From assembly GCA_035084275.1 (NCBI GenBank), contig CM068759.1, positions 3,410,001-3,474,000 on the forward strand: DNA of 64,000 nucleotides, in the 5' to 3' direction. Below the pieces are notes generated by a model, which was not told the origin of the DNA, did no database searches, and saw nothing but the letters and a program-made list of their open reading frames with translations. The stretch's first letter is position 1; the number at the start of each line of letters is the position of its first letter. The position numbers were made by a program, and so were the translations under genes. Source of the stretch: Hydrolagus colliei (Eukaryota). This document shows, one piece after another, positions 26,301-38,812 of this stretch.

Positions 26301-29275
26301 GAGCTGAAATGGTCCCTTAAGAAAGGAGATTCCACCTCGTCTGAGCACGTCTATGAGTATTTAGTTTTCGGATTTCAGATTGCTCACAATTGATGAAAAC
26401 TCTTCAATTCAGTTTAAAACAGCAGCATTCAATTCAGTTGAACCAGTTTAACCGGCTTTTTGCCCTTTTTAAATTAAAAAACAATTGGTAGAGTTTCCCT
26501 CATTCTGCACCGTCTTAAATTCGAAGGCAAAATGAGCTTCCGAGGCAAGACGAGAAAAAATGGTTGAAACTCCTGGAATGAGAAAAGGTCCATTAAGGTT
26601 ACTTCTTCTCTAGTAATATAAATATTTATTCCCTCACGGATCTCAGCTTGTCCACACTATTTCTTGGGTAGATCCACCCAGAACCTCAAAGATAATTAAG
26701 CGAAATCTACGGAAGATTCAGATGCCCCCCACCCCCATATCTCCATTATTCCATCACCTTCATTCTATCACTATTAACATCTCCAAGGCCCACCAGCGCT
26801 GCAATGCTTTCACAGTCTGTGCCCTGCTTGCTCAACAGACGAGTCTCTCAGATGGATGCGGTCTCTGTTTTATCATTGCCAACACCTGTGTGGATCGCAC
26901 TGCACCTTAAATAGCATTGCACTTTCAAGGTAACAGAACACACAGATCTTTACTTCCATAGGTGCCAAGATCAAACGTGCAACTTCATTTTCGCAGCACT
27001 GTTTCATAAATTGGCAATGCCACACTGAGTGTGAAAGCATATGAATGTTCTCCTCTACAGTACACTAGCTTGACTGATATTGCAGCACTAACTACACAGT
27101 TGTGTTCAGCTTCCTCACCAACTATCAAACACCTTAAGTAATGCTGCTGTGTTAAACTGATATATTAGGACACGGCAATCACTCATTGGGCGAGCATTAA
27201 TCCAGATTAAATCAGATTTGAAGCACACAATGTATTTTCCAACCAGTCTCTAATCAAACACAGGATAGTTTGTGTGATTTAGGTTTTTTAATGACTGAAT
27301 TACGAAAACAGCCATAAGACTACATTCCTAGCGTAATGAAGTCAAATTAATTATTTTACACAAACATTAGGGCAGAACCCACTAATGACTCTAAAATGAG
27401 TTAGTTTCAAAATAATTTGCTCATTTTTAATCATTGCAGTCAATTTAATACGAGTTCAGTTTATGTAATTACTTTAATGACATATTCCCCTACCGAACAT
27501 CACATTATGTTTTAATACAATATGACTTTATAAACAAATGTATAAACTCAAAGCAGAGTACACCTCCACGCACAAACAGTTATATTTTTAGAATTTTGTG
27601 AGAAAAAAATTTAAATCTTACTGTGACCAAATTAATGTTGTAGAAAACTTGATTATAGGAAAGATTAAATACTTAAATATGAAAGTCTCGGCTTTCAAAC
27701 ACTCCTTTGCTTTTTTGGCAACCAAAATGACATTCCCCAACCTACAGTTTTGTCTTTCCCCGCTGTAATTCTTTTTAATAAAAACATCTCATTGATACAC
27801 ACACACATGTGTGTGTGAGTGTGTATGTGTGGGGTGGAGCACATGTTTTGAAAATTTTAGCTTTACAGCTGAATGGAAGGCATTTTGGGGGGAATGGAAT
27901 AAAATTTTATACGAAAAGCTAGAAAATTGGAATCATCAACACAAGATTGAAAATGATCCCTTTTTACTATGACAGGATAAGGCTTTGAGTAATCCGTTGA
28001 AATTTGAACAAAACTATAATTTTCGCCAATGTAACTCATTAAATTAATTTCATGTTATATTTAAAAAGAAATCAGTTGTCCTGTTGTGGGAAACAGTCAC
28101 CGATAAAGGCCGAGTAGATATTTATTACAAAGGAATTTACAGTATTATGCTTTGCTGCAATTCTCAATTTACCCTCCATTCATTAATACACATTTTAAAA
28201 AGGAAAAACAATGACAAAGAGACTGGTACAAACTTAAGTGCATTCTTGTGTTTTAATACGTTGACATTCTCAAAACATTCCATGCAATTTCTTAAAAATG
28301 TCAACGGAAAAGTACAAAGTAATTCTCAAAGAGCAAACAATCGTTTTTTACAGTACCTCTCATCTCTGACATGGTTCAAAATTATATCCGAACAAAACTG
28401 AAGTAAATTGAAGAGCATTCTCTCCATGTTAAACCTCATGTAGGCTTTGTGCTCAGGCTTTTCAGAGGTCAACAAAAGATATAACACATCTAGAAATCTT
28501 TAGAGTAAAATAATGTGGCATTGTAAGGCGGCAAAAATAAATTACCTTTGAAATGTCATTGTTCGGCTTTGAAATGATATTCCCAGGCTCTGGGGGCTTT
28601 CAAATTTAAAGGCATTTTGTTGGAATTCAATTCCCAATGATCTACCCCGATGAATAAAATTCAATGTGCAGAGTCAACTAAAAAGTGAACTGGTAAAATA
28701 ACAAGTATAACTTTGTGTGAGACGATGTGTTCTATTTCTTCCTGGTTCTGCAACGCTACAAGTTACAAGAATAAGGACATAATTTGTGATGATACACTCA
28801 ATGTTTGTCTGTCCTTGTTTTTTTTCCCCATGGGACTCAGACGCAGTGCAGTCTTTTTCACCGGGGATGTATTGTTTATTATGGGAACCATTCTCCATGT
28901 TCAATATTCCATCACTTTTATCATTGTTATTACCTAAGCAATTGGCAAGAGGTCCACTTGAAACAGACCTGAAACTTTGATGGTGTTTTCCCTCTCCCAC
29001 AGCAAGTTCTGCGAACTGCTGAAAATCGATCCGAATTCAGCCCAAAACACACAGATACCCCAGCTTTGCACCCTCTGTTTGTCAGAGGAAGAAAAGCATT
29101 TCTGGAACTGCTCTTGATAAAGACATTTGGGTTGAAGTGTTTGAGAGTTCTCTCAGATGGTTTCTACATAGATTCTTTAATAAGAAAACAGAGTGGGGAC
29201 TTCTGCTAATTGAGAATATGTTGCAAATGTCAAGTCGATAGGAGTTCCCTTGAGTCAGCAGGGTGTCATTTCAGT

Positions 29276-29445
29276 GATACTAATAATTGGTGCATTTGAT
29301 ATCACGCCTCATTACATCTTCAAGACATCTCAAAACGCTTCACAGAATATACTGTAAAGTGAATTGACTGTACAATTTGTGGGCAAAATGTGGCAGCCAA
29401 TTGTGCACTGCAGTGTCCCATAATCAATTGTGGATTGAATCACGA
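29276..29445 (-). mobile_element. SINE family A 3' half
   Basis: Tail plus GGCAGCCAATTGTGCACTGCAGTGTCCCA core on + strand. Confidence 0.8.
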
Positions 29446-29483
29446 TTTTTTTTTAACACAATCAAAAATAATCCTTGTGTAGC

Positions 29484-29575
29484 GTAATCCTTGCATTAGA
29501 CAAAGTGCCTAATTGCATCGTTAAGAAGCATCAAAGTGCTTCATAGGATATACTATAAAATGGATCGACTGTGAA
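29484..29575 (-). mobile_element. SINE family A tail fragment (adjacent second copy)
   Basis: TAATCCTTGCATTAGA...CAAAGTGCTTCATAGGATATACT. Confidence 0.65.
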
Positions 29576-29703
29576 TAAGGACTCCATTTGGAGAAAAATG
29601 TATATTAGACCCTGATACTGAGAAAACAAAACTATTTAACCTCAGCAATTCTATTAGTTTGGATACTGACACATTGTGGATCAGCCTCACTCACCCAGTT
29701 ATC

Positions 29704-29957
29704 ATTTCTTCACTCAGAGGGTAATGAATTTATGGAATTCACTATCCCAGAAGGCTGTAGATGATCAGTCCTTGAAAATTATCAAGGCTGAGACTGAGAG
29801 ATTTTTTTTTTTAAAATAGAGGGATTAGGGGATATGGGGATGGGGCAGGTAATTAGAGTTAGGTCAGAAAATCAGCCATGATCTTATTGAATGTCGGGGC
29901 AGGCTCGAGGGGCCGAATGGCCTACCCCTGCTCCTAATTCTTATGTTCTTATGTTCT
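29704..29957 (+). mobile_element. CR1-clade LINE 3' end (HER1-like)
   Basis: Encodes FFTQRVMNLWNSLSQKAV...IKAETERF; 3' UTR GGCTCGAGGGGCCGAATGGCCTACCCCTGCTCC ending (TTCTTATG)n. Confidence 0.9.
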
Positions 29958-30030
29958 CACCTTTTACCAATTTCGAAATGGGTTTTGATATTTTAAAGGA
30001 ACATTCACAAATGACTGGAGGTAGAAGCGG

Positions 30031-30258
30031 AAAACTATGAATGCTGGAAATCTGCAGGAGAAACAGAGAGTGTACCATATGCAATCAGTCTGCGATAGAG
30101 GAAGCTCGGTTAATGTTTCTCACTTGAATCATCATCAGAACTTCATCAGTCCAACCAACGGCTCCAGCTTTGATGAAGGGTCATCATCCAAATGCTAACC
30201 TGTCTTTCTCTTTCAGATGCTGACTGCCTTGCTGCACAGCAGCACTATTTCCTGTTCT
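30031..30258. mobile_element. Foldback element of two inverted Penelope-like terminal arms with degenerate hammerhead cores
   Basis: Reverse complement of left arm (AGTTCTGATGA..GAAACATTAACC..CAGACTGATTGC) aligns with right arm (AGCTTTGATGAAGGGTC..AAATGCTAACC..GATGCTGACTGC); about 24 bp spacer. Confidence 0.55.
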
Positions 30259-30417
30259 TCAAAGTCGCTTTTTACCAAAAAAATAAATAATTGGATTGCT
30301 TGCAATTGCCGACTTGAGCCAATGATTAACTGGATTCTGTAACAGAAACATTCATACGTTGTCTGGCTCACTGCCTATGGTTCTCTGGTTGATTTGACCC
30401 CCGCACACCGTATTTGT

Positions 30418-30736
30418 GGAGTCCTGTAGCTGAGTGGTTAGAGCACTCGCCTTACAAGCGTGAGACCTGTGTTCAAAATCAGGCAAGTCAGGGCGAAACC
30501 TTGGGCAGGTTTGCTTACTCCACGTGCTCAATAATAATAATAATAATATACCACAATATTAAAATTGGTCATTTCAATCCACGACTGTTTGTGGGGGACA
30601 CGCTGCTGTGAGAAATTGGCTGCCGTGTTTCGCCGACAAATATACAGTCAATTCACTTTACAGTATATTCCATGAAGCGCTTTGAGACGTCAGGAAGATG
30701 TGAAAAGTGCAGTATGAAATTCAAGGATTATTATTA
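30418..30736 (+). mobile_element. SINE family A, full length (short form)
   Basis: GGAGTCCTGTAGCTGAGTGGTTAGAGCACTCGCCTTACAAGCG head, Deu core AAATTGGCTGCCGTGTTTCG, tail GAAGCGCTTTGAGACGTC...GGATTATTATT. Confidence 0.9.
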
Positions 30737-31212
30737 GAGATTGTGCTTGCCTTACAAGGTGGCTTCTGGTAGACTGGGATCCAACAAGGTTACTCTGGGT
30801 TTTGTTTTACTTCTTTCTAAGATGTGTCCCAAGTGTGTGGCTGGCCCGTGGTATTTGTTCAACGTTGCTGACCTTTTACCTTTTGTGTCCGACCATACTG
30901 CCCTTTGCCTTTGAGGTAATATACCACCGCCCTGCTGCTCACCAGAGGTTTAGTCCTCTGTGGGCTTCTCTTTTCATACTCACTGGCTTGAAATGTTAAC
31001 TGATATCATGGTTCATAGTCAGCCTTGAACTGTTCCTTGGAGAAATGTCACGAGTTTTTTTTTTAAACCACTTGTAATTTGGGCTGAGCCTTCAATTTTT
31101 TTGCGGTTTAATTAGGAATTTTTATTTTTTTTAAAAATTCTAATCTAAGATGATTCATGGTATCTTTTTTAAATCTGGAATATTTTTTTTAAAAAAATGC
31201 ATATAAATACTG

Positions 31213-31290
31213 TCAGCCTGTTTGGGTGGATGTTAACAGTTTCATGACCTGATGCAGAAAGAGAAGCGAGTTTCTCGTGATTTACTGCCG
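31213..31290 (+). mobile_element. Family B internal fragment
   Basis: GGGTGGATGTTAACAGTTTCATGAC...GAGAAGCGAGTTTCTC resembles 14995-15050 and 56738-56790. Confidence 0.45.
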
Positions 31291-31304
31291 GTTAAACTGG
31301 GTGC

Positions 31305-31437
31305 AAGGCATCACTGCATGACTTGGGAGTTGGAACCCAGCTGTTATTATTCTCCTTTTCCTAACCCAGGGGAATTATGCATTTTTACCATAGCCCTTGG
31401 TGTGATCAGCTAGATCATCAGAGAACAGGGATCAAAC
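31305..31437 (-). mobile_element. AmnSINE2-like ancient SINE fragment, interrupted by L2 insertions
   Basis: Reverse: GTTTGATCCCTGTTCTC..TAGCTGATCAC..CCCCTGGGTTAGGAAAAGG..CAGCTGGGTTCCAACTCC matches the recalled AmnSINE2 5' region; appears to resume at about 32080. Confidence 0.5.
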
Positions 31438-31506
31438 AACAACAACAACAATAAATGACGCTTGTAATTTACAAGCGTAGGACAAGCCCTTCATGTCGGA
31501 AAGATG
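31436..31506 (-). mobile_element. Short L2-type 3' tail with internal palindrome
   Basis: (AAC)n, then AAATGACGCTTGTA...GCCCTTCATGTCGGAAAGATG. Confidence 0.6.
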
Positions 31507-31509
31507 TTA

Positions 31510-32062
31510 AATGACATCAACTTGCACGGGTAGCATCTCAAAGCGCTTAACAGTGGCGGACCCGGACTCTGAGCCAGGGGGTGTGGAGAGACGGCTGTAA
31601 GCACGGTCGAAGAGGAAGCTTTTCAGGCAGGACTTGGAAAGGAGGAGAGAAAGGGCAAAGTGGAGGGATTGAGGGAGAATGTTCCAGAGGTTTGGGGCGT
31701 AGAGGGCGTTCGTAAGCGTGAACTCCGATGGTGGGGTGGTGTGTGCTGGGGACGAGCAGGAGTCCGGCACCAGTCGAGCGGAGGTGGATTAGCGAGTGAG
31801 AAGGTCGGAGAGGTGGGGAGGTGACAGGGAGTGAGTGGATTTGAGCATGAGTGCGAGGATCTTGAGGTCGATGGGAAGCCAGTGGAGCCAGAACTCGTGA
31901 GATGCGGGTACGGAGTTTGGTCGGATCAGTATGCAGGCCACAGAGTTCCGCATCAGCTGCATCTATTGAATGGTGGAGCTGGGGAGACCAGCGAGGAGTG
32001 TGAAGTAATCCAACCAGGAGGGGACAAATGAATGCACAAGGGTTTCAGCTGCATTTAGGGTG
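31510..32062 (-). mobile_element. L2 LINE 3' fragment with degenerate ORF2 C-terminus
   Basis: Reverse translation pieces AAETLVHSFV, LLAGLP, LHWLPI, KILALM, LSDLL and YAPNLWNILPQSL..LKSFLFDRAY are diagnostic of L2 ORF2. Confidence 0.9.
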
Positions 32063-33734
32063 ACCCCTGGTCTGTGGGTCCAAACCTGAGATCTGTGTGA
32101 GTCAATACCGTTCTAAAATGGAGACGTGAAAAAGTTGATGTGGTACATTACATCTCACTGTTAATGATAACTCTCAGTAGTTTTACTTGATAAATTATAT
32201 ATAAGAGGCGCCATCAATGCCAGTTCATGACGAAAGACTGTGTATGATTCTGGCCATTTTTTTGTGCCTAGAGCTGGCTTGAGCCACAGTATATTGTTTG
32301 CCCAGTCTACAAATCAATGCATTGATGACTAGTGTCAACAGGGTCCATAAGTAAAGCTGGTATTGTATTTTCCATCCCAACTGAATATTGCTTTCATATA
32401 TCAATTTCTATTCATATTTCACAATAATTCTTGCATTTGACCTGGCACTTCTAACAATCAATGTCTCAAAACATTTGCAGTAATTGCTTCCCAAAAAATA
32501 CATGTGTGTGGACATTGCTTGAGATATAGATTAGATAAGAGTTTTCATTTGTTATTTACAAAGCTGCAAAATATGGCTCTCCACGATTTAGTACTCCCTG
32601 TAAACATAAGAGACACATCATAGATTTTATCTTCTTTCTTTCTTCTAAACTCAAATCTTGTTTGCTCCGTGTGCAAAAACAGTGAAAGATAATAACTAGT
32701 TACTGTCAATTAAACAATAAAGGATCTATTTTTAAAATATCTTTCCGAACAGTTTCCGTGCAACTTGCAGACAGGCAATGTGATCTTGCAAAATCCATAA
32801 CTGATACTTCAGAGAGCTTGCGTGAAACACTGTAAATTCGCCTAGCTGTAAACCATTTTCTAGGTTGTGGCCACTGACTAGTTTGTGCGTTTTGTTGTGT
32901 TACTTTTCCAAACAAAGGAGCTGTTTACTTTTTTGTATTATCTGATTGTAAAACCATTCCCCTCGAGTCAATATTTATTCAGTCCCGCAGATTACATCAG
33001 TTTGGTGGTGAATAAATACCCTGTGAAGATTGGACACATGGTTGCCCTGCGCCATCACCTACACAATGTTAATAATGAACGTAGCGTTCAGAATCCTATC
33101 TTGATAGCTTGTGTGAAGTTATACTCAAGTTCAAAAGTATAACGTTCAAATCATAGCCTAAGTCTTCAAGTTGTATTCAACATCACTTGAAAGGAAAAGG
33201 AATAAGTCAAAGCAGTGAATAATAGCCAAGGAATAATGATACCCGCAAATGTAATGTAATGGGCTTTGGTAAGCCTGGATCCAATCATTTTAGGATTTTA
33301 GAATAAATATCAGTTAAAATGCTTCAGTCCTTATGAAGTCTTGTTTTTCAACAGTGGCAGGGTCACATTTTACTCGAAAGTCTTGTACATTCATCAAACT
33401 TTTTTTTATCAAACAGAACATGACCTGTAAGTCTCTGGAGAAGCACCAAAAAAATGACACAGTCGATTTCTGCCAAGATGTTTGGAAAGCTCCCAGTTCA
33501 GTAACCTTGTGCTTGCTGCTGTTGCTAAGTGGTCAAGGGAAAATTGGCATATTGAGCTATTTTTCTCTGTCCCAGTGCAGTTGCTGCTGAACTAATTGAT
33601 TTGGAAATGGATGACTAATACCCAAGGCATCCACCAGTCGGGGACTAACATGTTACAGAAGATGAAAACAGCATTGATGTTGACCATCACATGGCTTGAC
33701 GATCATTAAAAACCCAGAAGGAACTCTCTTACTG

Positions 33735-34050
33735 GATCAGTGAGATGAATGCAATATAGAGTGAACCAGGAATCTAAACAGAACAGGTTGGTTCAAGGCT
33801 AGTTGACCTCAAAGAAGATGACAGTGGGTGTTCTATTACAGTACTCTCATTGTGTGATGAGCTTTAGAGAGGTGTAAAACTCAACTAAAGTATCGCTTCT
33901 GATAACCGTCCAGTGATCCCCTGCTGGAATGTCTATGTATAAACACCAAGTGGAAACACACACATGTTATCCATGTTTGAATACCTTGTCAGCATTTACC
34001 TGGCCAGATTCATAGAAGAAGAATGGGCACTTTGGTGAGGCAATAGATGC
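33735..34050 (+). mobile_element. AmnSINE2-like ancient SINE
   Basis: GCTTCTGATAACCGTCCAGTGATCCCCTGCTGGAATG and GAAGAATGGGCACTTTGGTGAGG match recalled blocks GCTCCTGATCGCTATCCAGTGACCCCTGCTGGAAAG and GAAGAATGGCCACTTGGGCGAGG in order. Confidence 0.55.
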
Positions 34051-34502
34051 ACGACAACTGTATTTCATATTGGTCCAGATTAGTACCACTATGACACGGA
34101 AAATAACCATCAAGCAGAAAATGTATATCCTTCAAGGTGAACCCCTATCCACTTCCTCAGATCAGGCCTTGGATAAAGCTTAATCAGTCATAATAATTGT
34201 GTGGACCCAGCTTTGTATTTAGCGGTTGTGAAATAATTTACACCAAATTCAAACTATACGAGTTATTTATCCCCAACGTAAACTTAAGGGATAATTATTT
34301 TGGGAATTGGCAGTGTAGACCAGGTGAATATAGGAATATGTCATAATAAAGATGTCAATCCTCCTTTTCTAAAAGTTGAGTTGCAATGATTGGACCTCAT
34401 AGTCTAGGAGCAAGTCTGCATTTCGAGTAGGGGATTGTGGAAATCGCAAAGTGGTGGAAAAGTACAGTGGTCTCTTTCTAAAATAGCAGAAAATACTGAT
34501 CA

Positions 34503-34590
34503 GAATAATAATAAAAATAATACAGTAATAATCTTTACATTCAATGTAATGCCTTATCATGTCATCGAGATTTCTCAAAGCACTTTGTTT
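34503..34590 (-). mobile_element. SINE tail fragment
   Basis: TAATAATCTTTACATTCAAT...CTCAAAGCACTTT. Confidence 0.6.
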
Positions 34591-37500
34591 GAATACATTT
34601 AAAATGGTATGAAATTGCTAGGAATAGCACAGTGAGTGAATTGATTTGTAAGCAAACTATCCAGAGAATAAAACACTGGGCACAAAAATTAAATTTCATG
34701 GCATTACATCGCGCTTTGTGCGTTTAAGAGTTCAGCATGGGTTTGTTATTCACACACCACGCGTTTAAAGAAAATGTTCTTGATTATTCAATCTTATGGT
34801 GTGACTTGTACCCAGTTACTTCATAGAAAATGGTAAAGAAAAACCATTTAATTGTGATAAATTTGACATGCAATTAAAAAAAAACTCTTGGGATACTGGT
34901 GGCCAATATAGTGTCACTGTATGGGAGGAAGACTTTCCCTCACAGAACTGCATGGGAGCAACATCCACATCATTTACAGATCCATGTTGATCATCCTCAC
35001 CACACAGGCAGACTAGGATAAGTCATAGAACATACGACTGCTTGTGGGACCCTGCTGTGGGTAATTTACACACACACTCACACACACGCACAGAGAGCTG
35101 AGATCCTCTGTCTCCAATCATTGACATTGTTGCACCTCCACCCTCGTTGAGCTGCTTCATTTCACTGCTCTGAGGTGTCAGTCAGTTATATGTTTTCAAC
35201 TCAACACATTTCAACCTTGCTGCTACTTGCTCTCTGTAGGGTCTCTCCACCTAGCCTAATCTTTGGTTGAATTCAATTCCTCCAAAGCTCAGTGAATGTC
35301 TTTCACTCAATCCTTGACAGCCGGCTCCTCAGTTTCGCTGCAAGTCTTGATAGTTTCAATTATTACGACTGAAGTCTCAACTAAAATATTTTTTTAAATA
35401 CCACACATTTGCATGACCTATATTTCTCTTTTATTTTGTTGTCCTGGACTCCTAAAATTATGATTAGATTTCCTAGCAATATATGTTCGATTGGGATATT
35501 GAAATAAAAAATTGGCAAAAAAAGTGACCAATTTATTTAGTGCTGGACCAAAGTTGATGCTGTTCTGCTCCCAAGATTTGTTGATTTGAAGCCTTCATTA
35601 ATGGAATGAGTTGATGTTATGGAAGCATGAGATCAAATAGACCAAAAGGGTCTTCTTCACCTGAACCTTTCCTTGTGATCTTGTGATGTATGCCTTTGGA
35701 CCCTATTACGTTGGCAGTACATCTCAAAACGCTTACTGTGACTGTGTATTGGAACATGGTGTTGTTGTGTAAGGATATAGTGGTGATCACTATGACACGC
35801 AAGTCAGTGACACTATCTACCATTCTGTTTAAAAACTAATCTTTCAAGTGTCGGCTGAGTATTAGTGGGTGGATTACTATCTTGCATACATCCTGTATAC
35901 ATATAGAATAATAAATAGAACAGAATTGGGTCTAAGATCAAAGGAAACCTCCAAAGTAAAATTCACAGGTTTTCCCATCCGCTTGACCTCAAGCTTAACT
36001 TATAACCTCAAAACGGCACTTTCCTTTGTCTTATTATTTTTTAATGTATATCGGACCATTCGCGAGCAGAGTGCCATGCACAGAGATTTAGATAAAAATC
36101 TAAAGCAACGCTCGGAAATTTATTTTATTTAGTGTGCTGTGTTTTTTGTGTCGCTGGGTAAACAAATAAGTCTCACATTGATAAATATAATAAAAACAAG
36201 ATTGACAGAGGCTGAGGTTATTTTCTTTTTAAAAAAAAATGTAATTTCTGAGGTATTGCTGTTTTCATCCCCGGGGGGGTCTCAGTGATAAACTGACAGC
36301 TGATGGTAATGCAAGCCGACATTCATGGAAGGGTATAAGAGGCATTTGTAGCATCATTACTGCAGGTTTAGAGAAATACACTGCAGTAGATTACAGAGAA
36401 ATTGAATGGCTAGTATATTCTATATAAATATTAAAACAGATAGTAGGATGAATTGAATTGCTAGTATTTATATTTCATTGTACAGTGGGACAAAACAGTG
36501 ATTCCTTTCCATTTGGATTTAATATTAATAACCTGATTTAAATGTATTTCCTGCAAAATATATGTATTGTCCACCTAAATATTTCAAGTAAACAGTGACA
36601 CTCTGACCATTTATACATTATATTATAAGGTCACGGGATGGACAACAAAGCTAGCATACCTCCAGAAATGAATGATGGTATACACCACCCACCCTATATA
36701 CAATCGTGCTTTGCACACATCACATGCTACTCCTGATGAACATTAGCTATTGTTTGTGGCTTCAGAATCATGTCCTCACTGTTAATTACAGTGCTAATTT
36801 AATTTTGCTCTGTATTTCTTGAACGTAACTTATACCAATCAACCTTTTTTGATCTCCACTGTTAGAGAGATCAATGCAGGTTGCTCTCTGTCATGGTGGA
36901 AAATCGAATCAATGCCCACGCAGATTTGGCTATGGGTAAATATTTGTGGGTCTACGCCCTAAATCACATGTGGCCAACAAGGGGGAAAATGTCATAGCTC
37001 TGGAATCAGCACGGCACAGATGGTTAGTGGTGTGTGATTTTTTTCGGGATATGTTCGATGAATCGCTTTAGCACGAGTTGTGTAAAGGAAGAGAAAATGC
37101 TGAAATCAATTAATTTTCTGACTGCGACTGGGGCAAATGATCAAATCTCATTTGAACAAAGTTGGCTTTTCGGAGAGTATTGAATCCTATATCTAAGTGA
37201 TATCAAATATTTTCCCGCAATAGACAGCTGTGACTGTGGCTGCCTTGATTTTTAACCAGGACTGGCGCGCATTAGATAACTCATTTTCAGATCATCATTA
37301 TAAACATTTCTGGCCTGAGCTCGCTTCACACAACACCTATTAAAATAGGGTTGTGAATGTCACCAAATATAACACCTTGCCTCTGCAGCAATAAAATGCG
37401 AGACTCAAAAACAATATTTATAAAATATTCCATCATGTATGCCGTGTGGCATGGACGTGCGTGATGATTGTCCCTCTGGAATTAACTCTGTGTGAACATC

Positions 37501-37639
37501 CTATTTTATTAATCTAGTGCAGTACAGGATAGATTGTACTCCACATGCATCACAACTGAAATCTGTCTGCTACCCAGGTTAAATGCAATTTCGTCACAAT
37601 TGGGTAATTTTTTCCACTTCTCCCATTTACCGTGCACAT

Positions 37640-37702
37640 CAACAACAACAAAATTACATTTGTGTAGCTCCTTTCATGTTGGGAGGACATACCAAGGCGC
37701 CG
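37640..37702 (-). mobile_element. Short L2-type 3' tail
   Basis: (CAA)n AATTACATTTGTGTAGCTCCTTTCATGTTGGGAGGACATACCAAGGCGC. Confidence 0.7.
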
Positions 37703-38000
37703 ATGAAGTCTGCGATGTACCACTTAGTGAGGCTCTGGAGTCATACATGAAGACTCCATGCCTGAATTTCCATTGACTTTAGGTTGTGATTATGCCATGG
37801 TCACCCCAAGATTAATTCAAAGTATCACATAGTCATGTTTCAATGCATATTTCTGATGTCATACACAAATGTCTGGATTGTGTTTGAGGGAAACTAAATT
37901 GCACCATTTTCCTTCATCTTTGTGATGAATGTTAAGAATTCCCGGGTAGCACCAAAGAGATATGTGTTTCACACAATTCCCTGACCAGTAACCCCCAGAT

Positions 38001-38175
38001 AAAATTGGTCATTTAGTTCATGGTTGCTTGTGGTGCATTGCTGTGTGAAAATTGGCTCCTGTGTTTGCCTACAAAATACACAATCACTACACTTATCGGC
38101 AGATTCTGTGAAGCATTTGGAGATGTCTGTGTGATGTGGTATGATGTTTTAACAAATGCAAGGATGATTATTATC
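38001..38175 (+). mobile_element. DeuSINE 3' half
   Basis: AAAATTGGTCATTT...GCTGTGTGAAAATTGGCTCC...AAATGCAAGGATGATTATT. Confidence 0.75.
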
Positions 38176-38685
38176 TCAGTGACACAATGCCCTCTGTATT
38201 TGTGTGCGTCATGTAAAGGCAATGTAACATATCCCATGAATTTGTAAGTATTCACATCTATATTTTTTCAGTGATGCAAAATCATGCTTCCCATCGCTAA
38301 ACAGTCATTTTAATGTATGCACCTTCAGGAATGAAAAGTCAGATACATTAGTAATAAATCAAATTCAAGATTATGTTACGTGGTTGTATGAGTCAGAGAA
38401 TGAACGTCTAGATCAATAAAATATGCACTAACTTATGGATAAAATTCCTGAAACCTATTATTTAATAAGCAGACGGATCAAACCCACAGTAGTTCTTTCA
38501 GATGCAGAATAAACATCCTCTCGCAATCCTGAGAGGTTGACGGGATAATTTACTCCCTCAACATCTCTTTCTATAGAAGACAAAAAGAAATGGCATCACT
38601 TGCTTTTGTTGTCTTAGAAAAGGCCCATCTCAAGAGCCCAGTCATGTGCAGAGGTGGGTATTTTGAAGCAAAGTTGATTAAAAAA

Positions 38686-38812
38686 AATTATTGCGTTTGA
38701 TCGCACACTTTTCAATGTTAGAAGAACGCTTCACATTTTACTGTAAAGTTTAATGACGATATTTTCTAGGCAGCAGCCATTTTGTGGATAGCATTGTCCT
38801 ACAAACAAAATA
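38686..38812 (-). mobile_element. DeuSINE 3' fragment, diverged
   Basis: TTGCGTTTGATCGCAC...AACGCTTCACA...GCAGCCATTTTG...CCTACAAACA. Confidence 0.55.

Noticed and set aside
30418-30495. tRNA-Val gene
   Set aside because: It is the head of a dispersed SINE; this copy has a damaged T arm and continues into Deu and L2 sequence
35090-35340. Possible L2 RT fragment (LxLNxxKTE-like)
   Set aside because: Too degenerate to call by eye; likewise 14100-14300, 25750-25920 and 26720-26800
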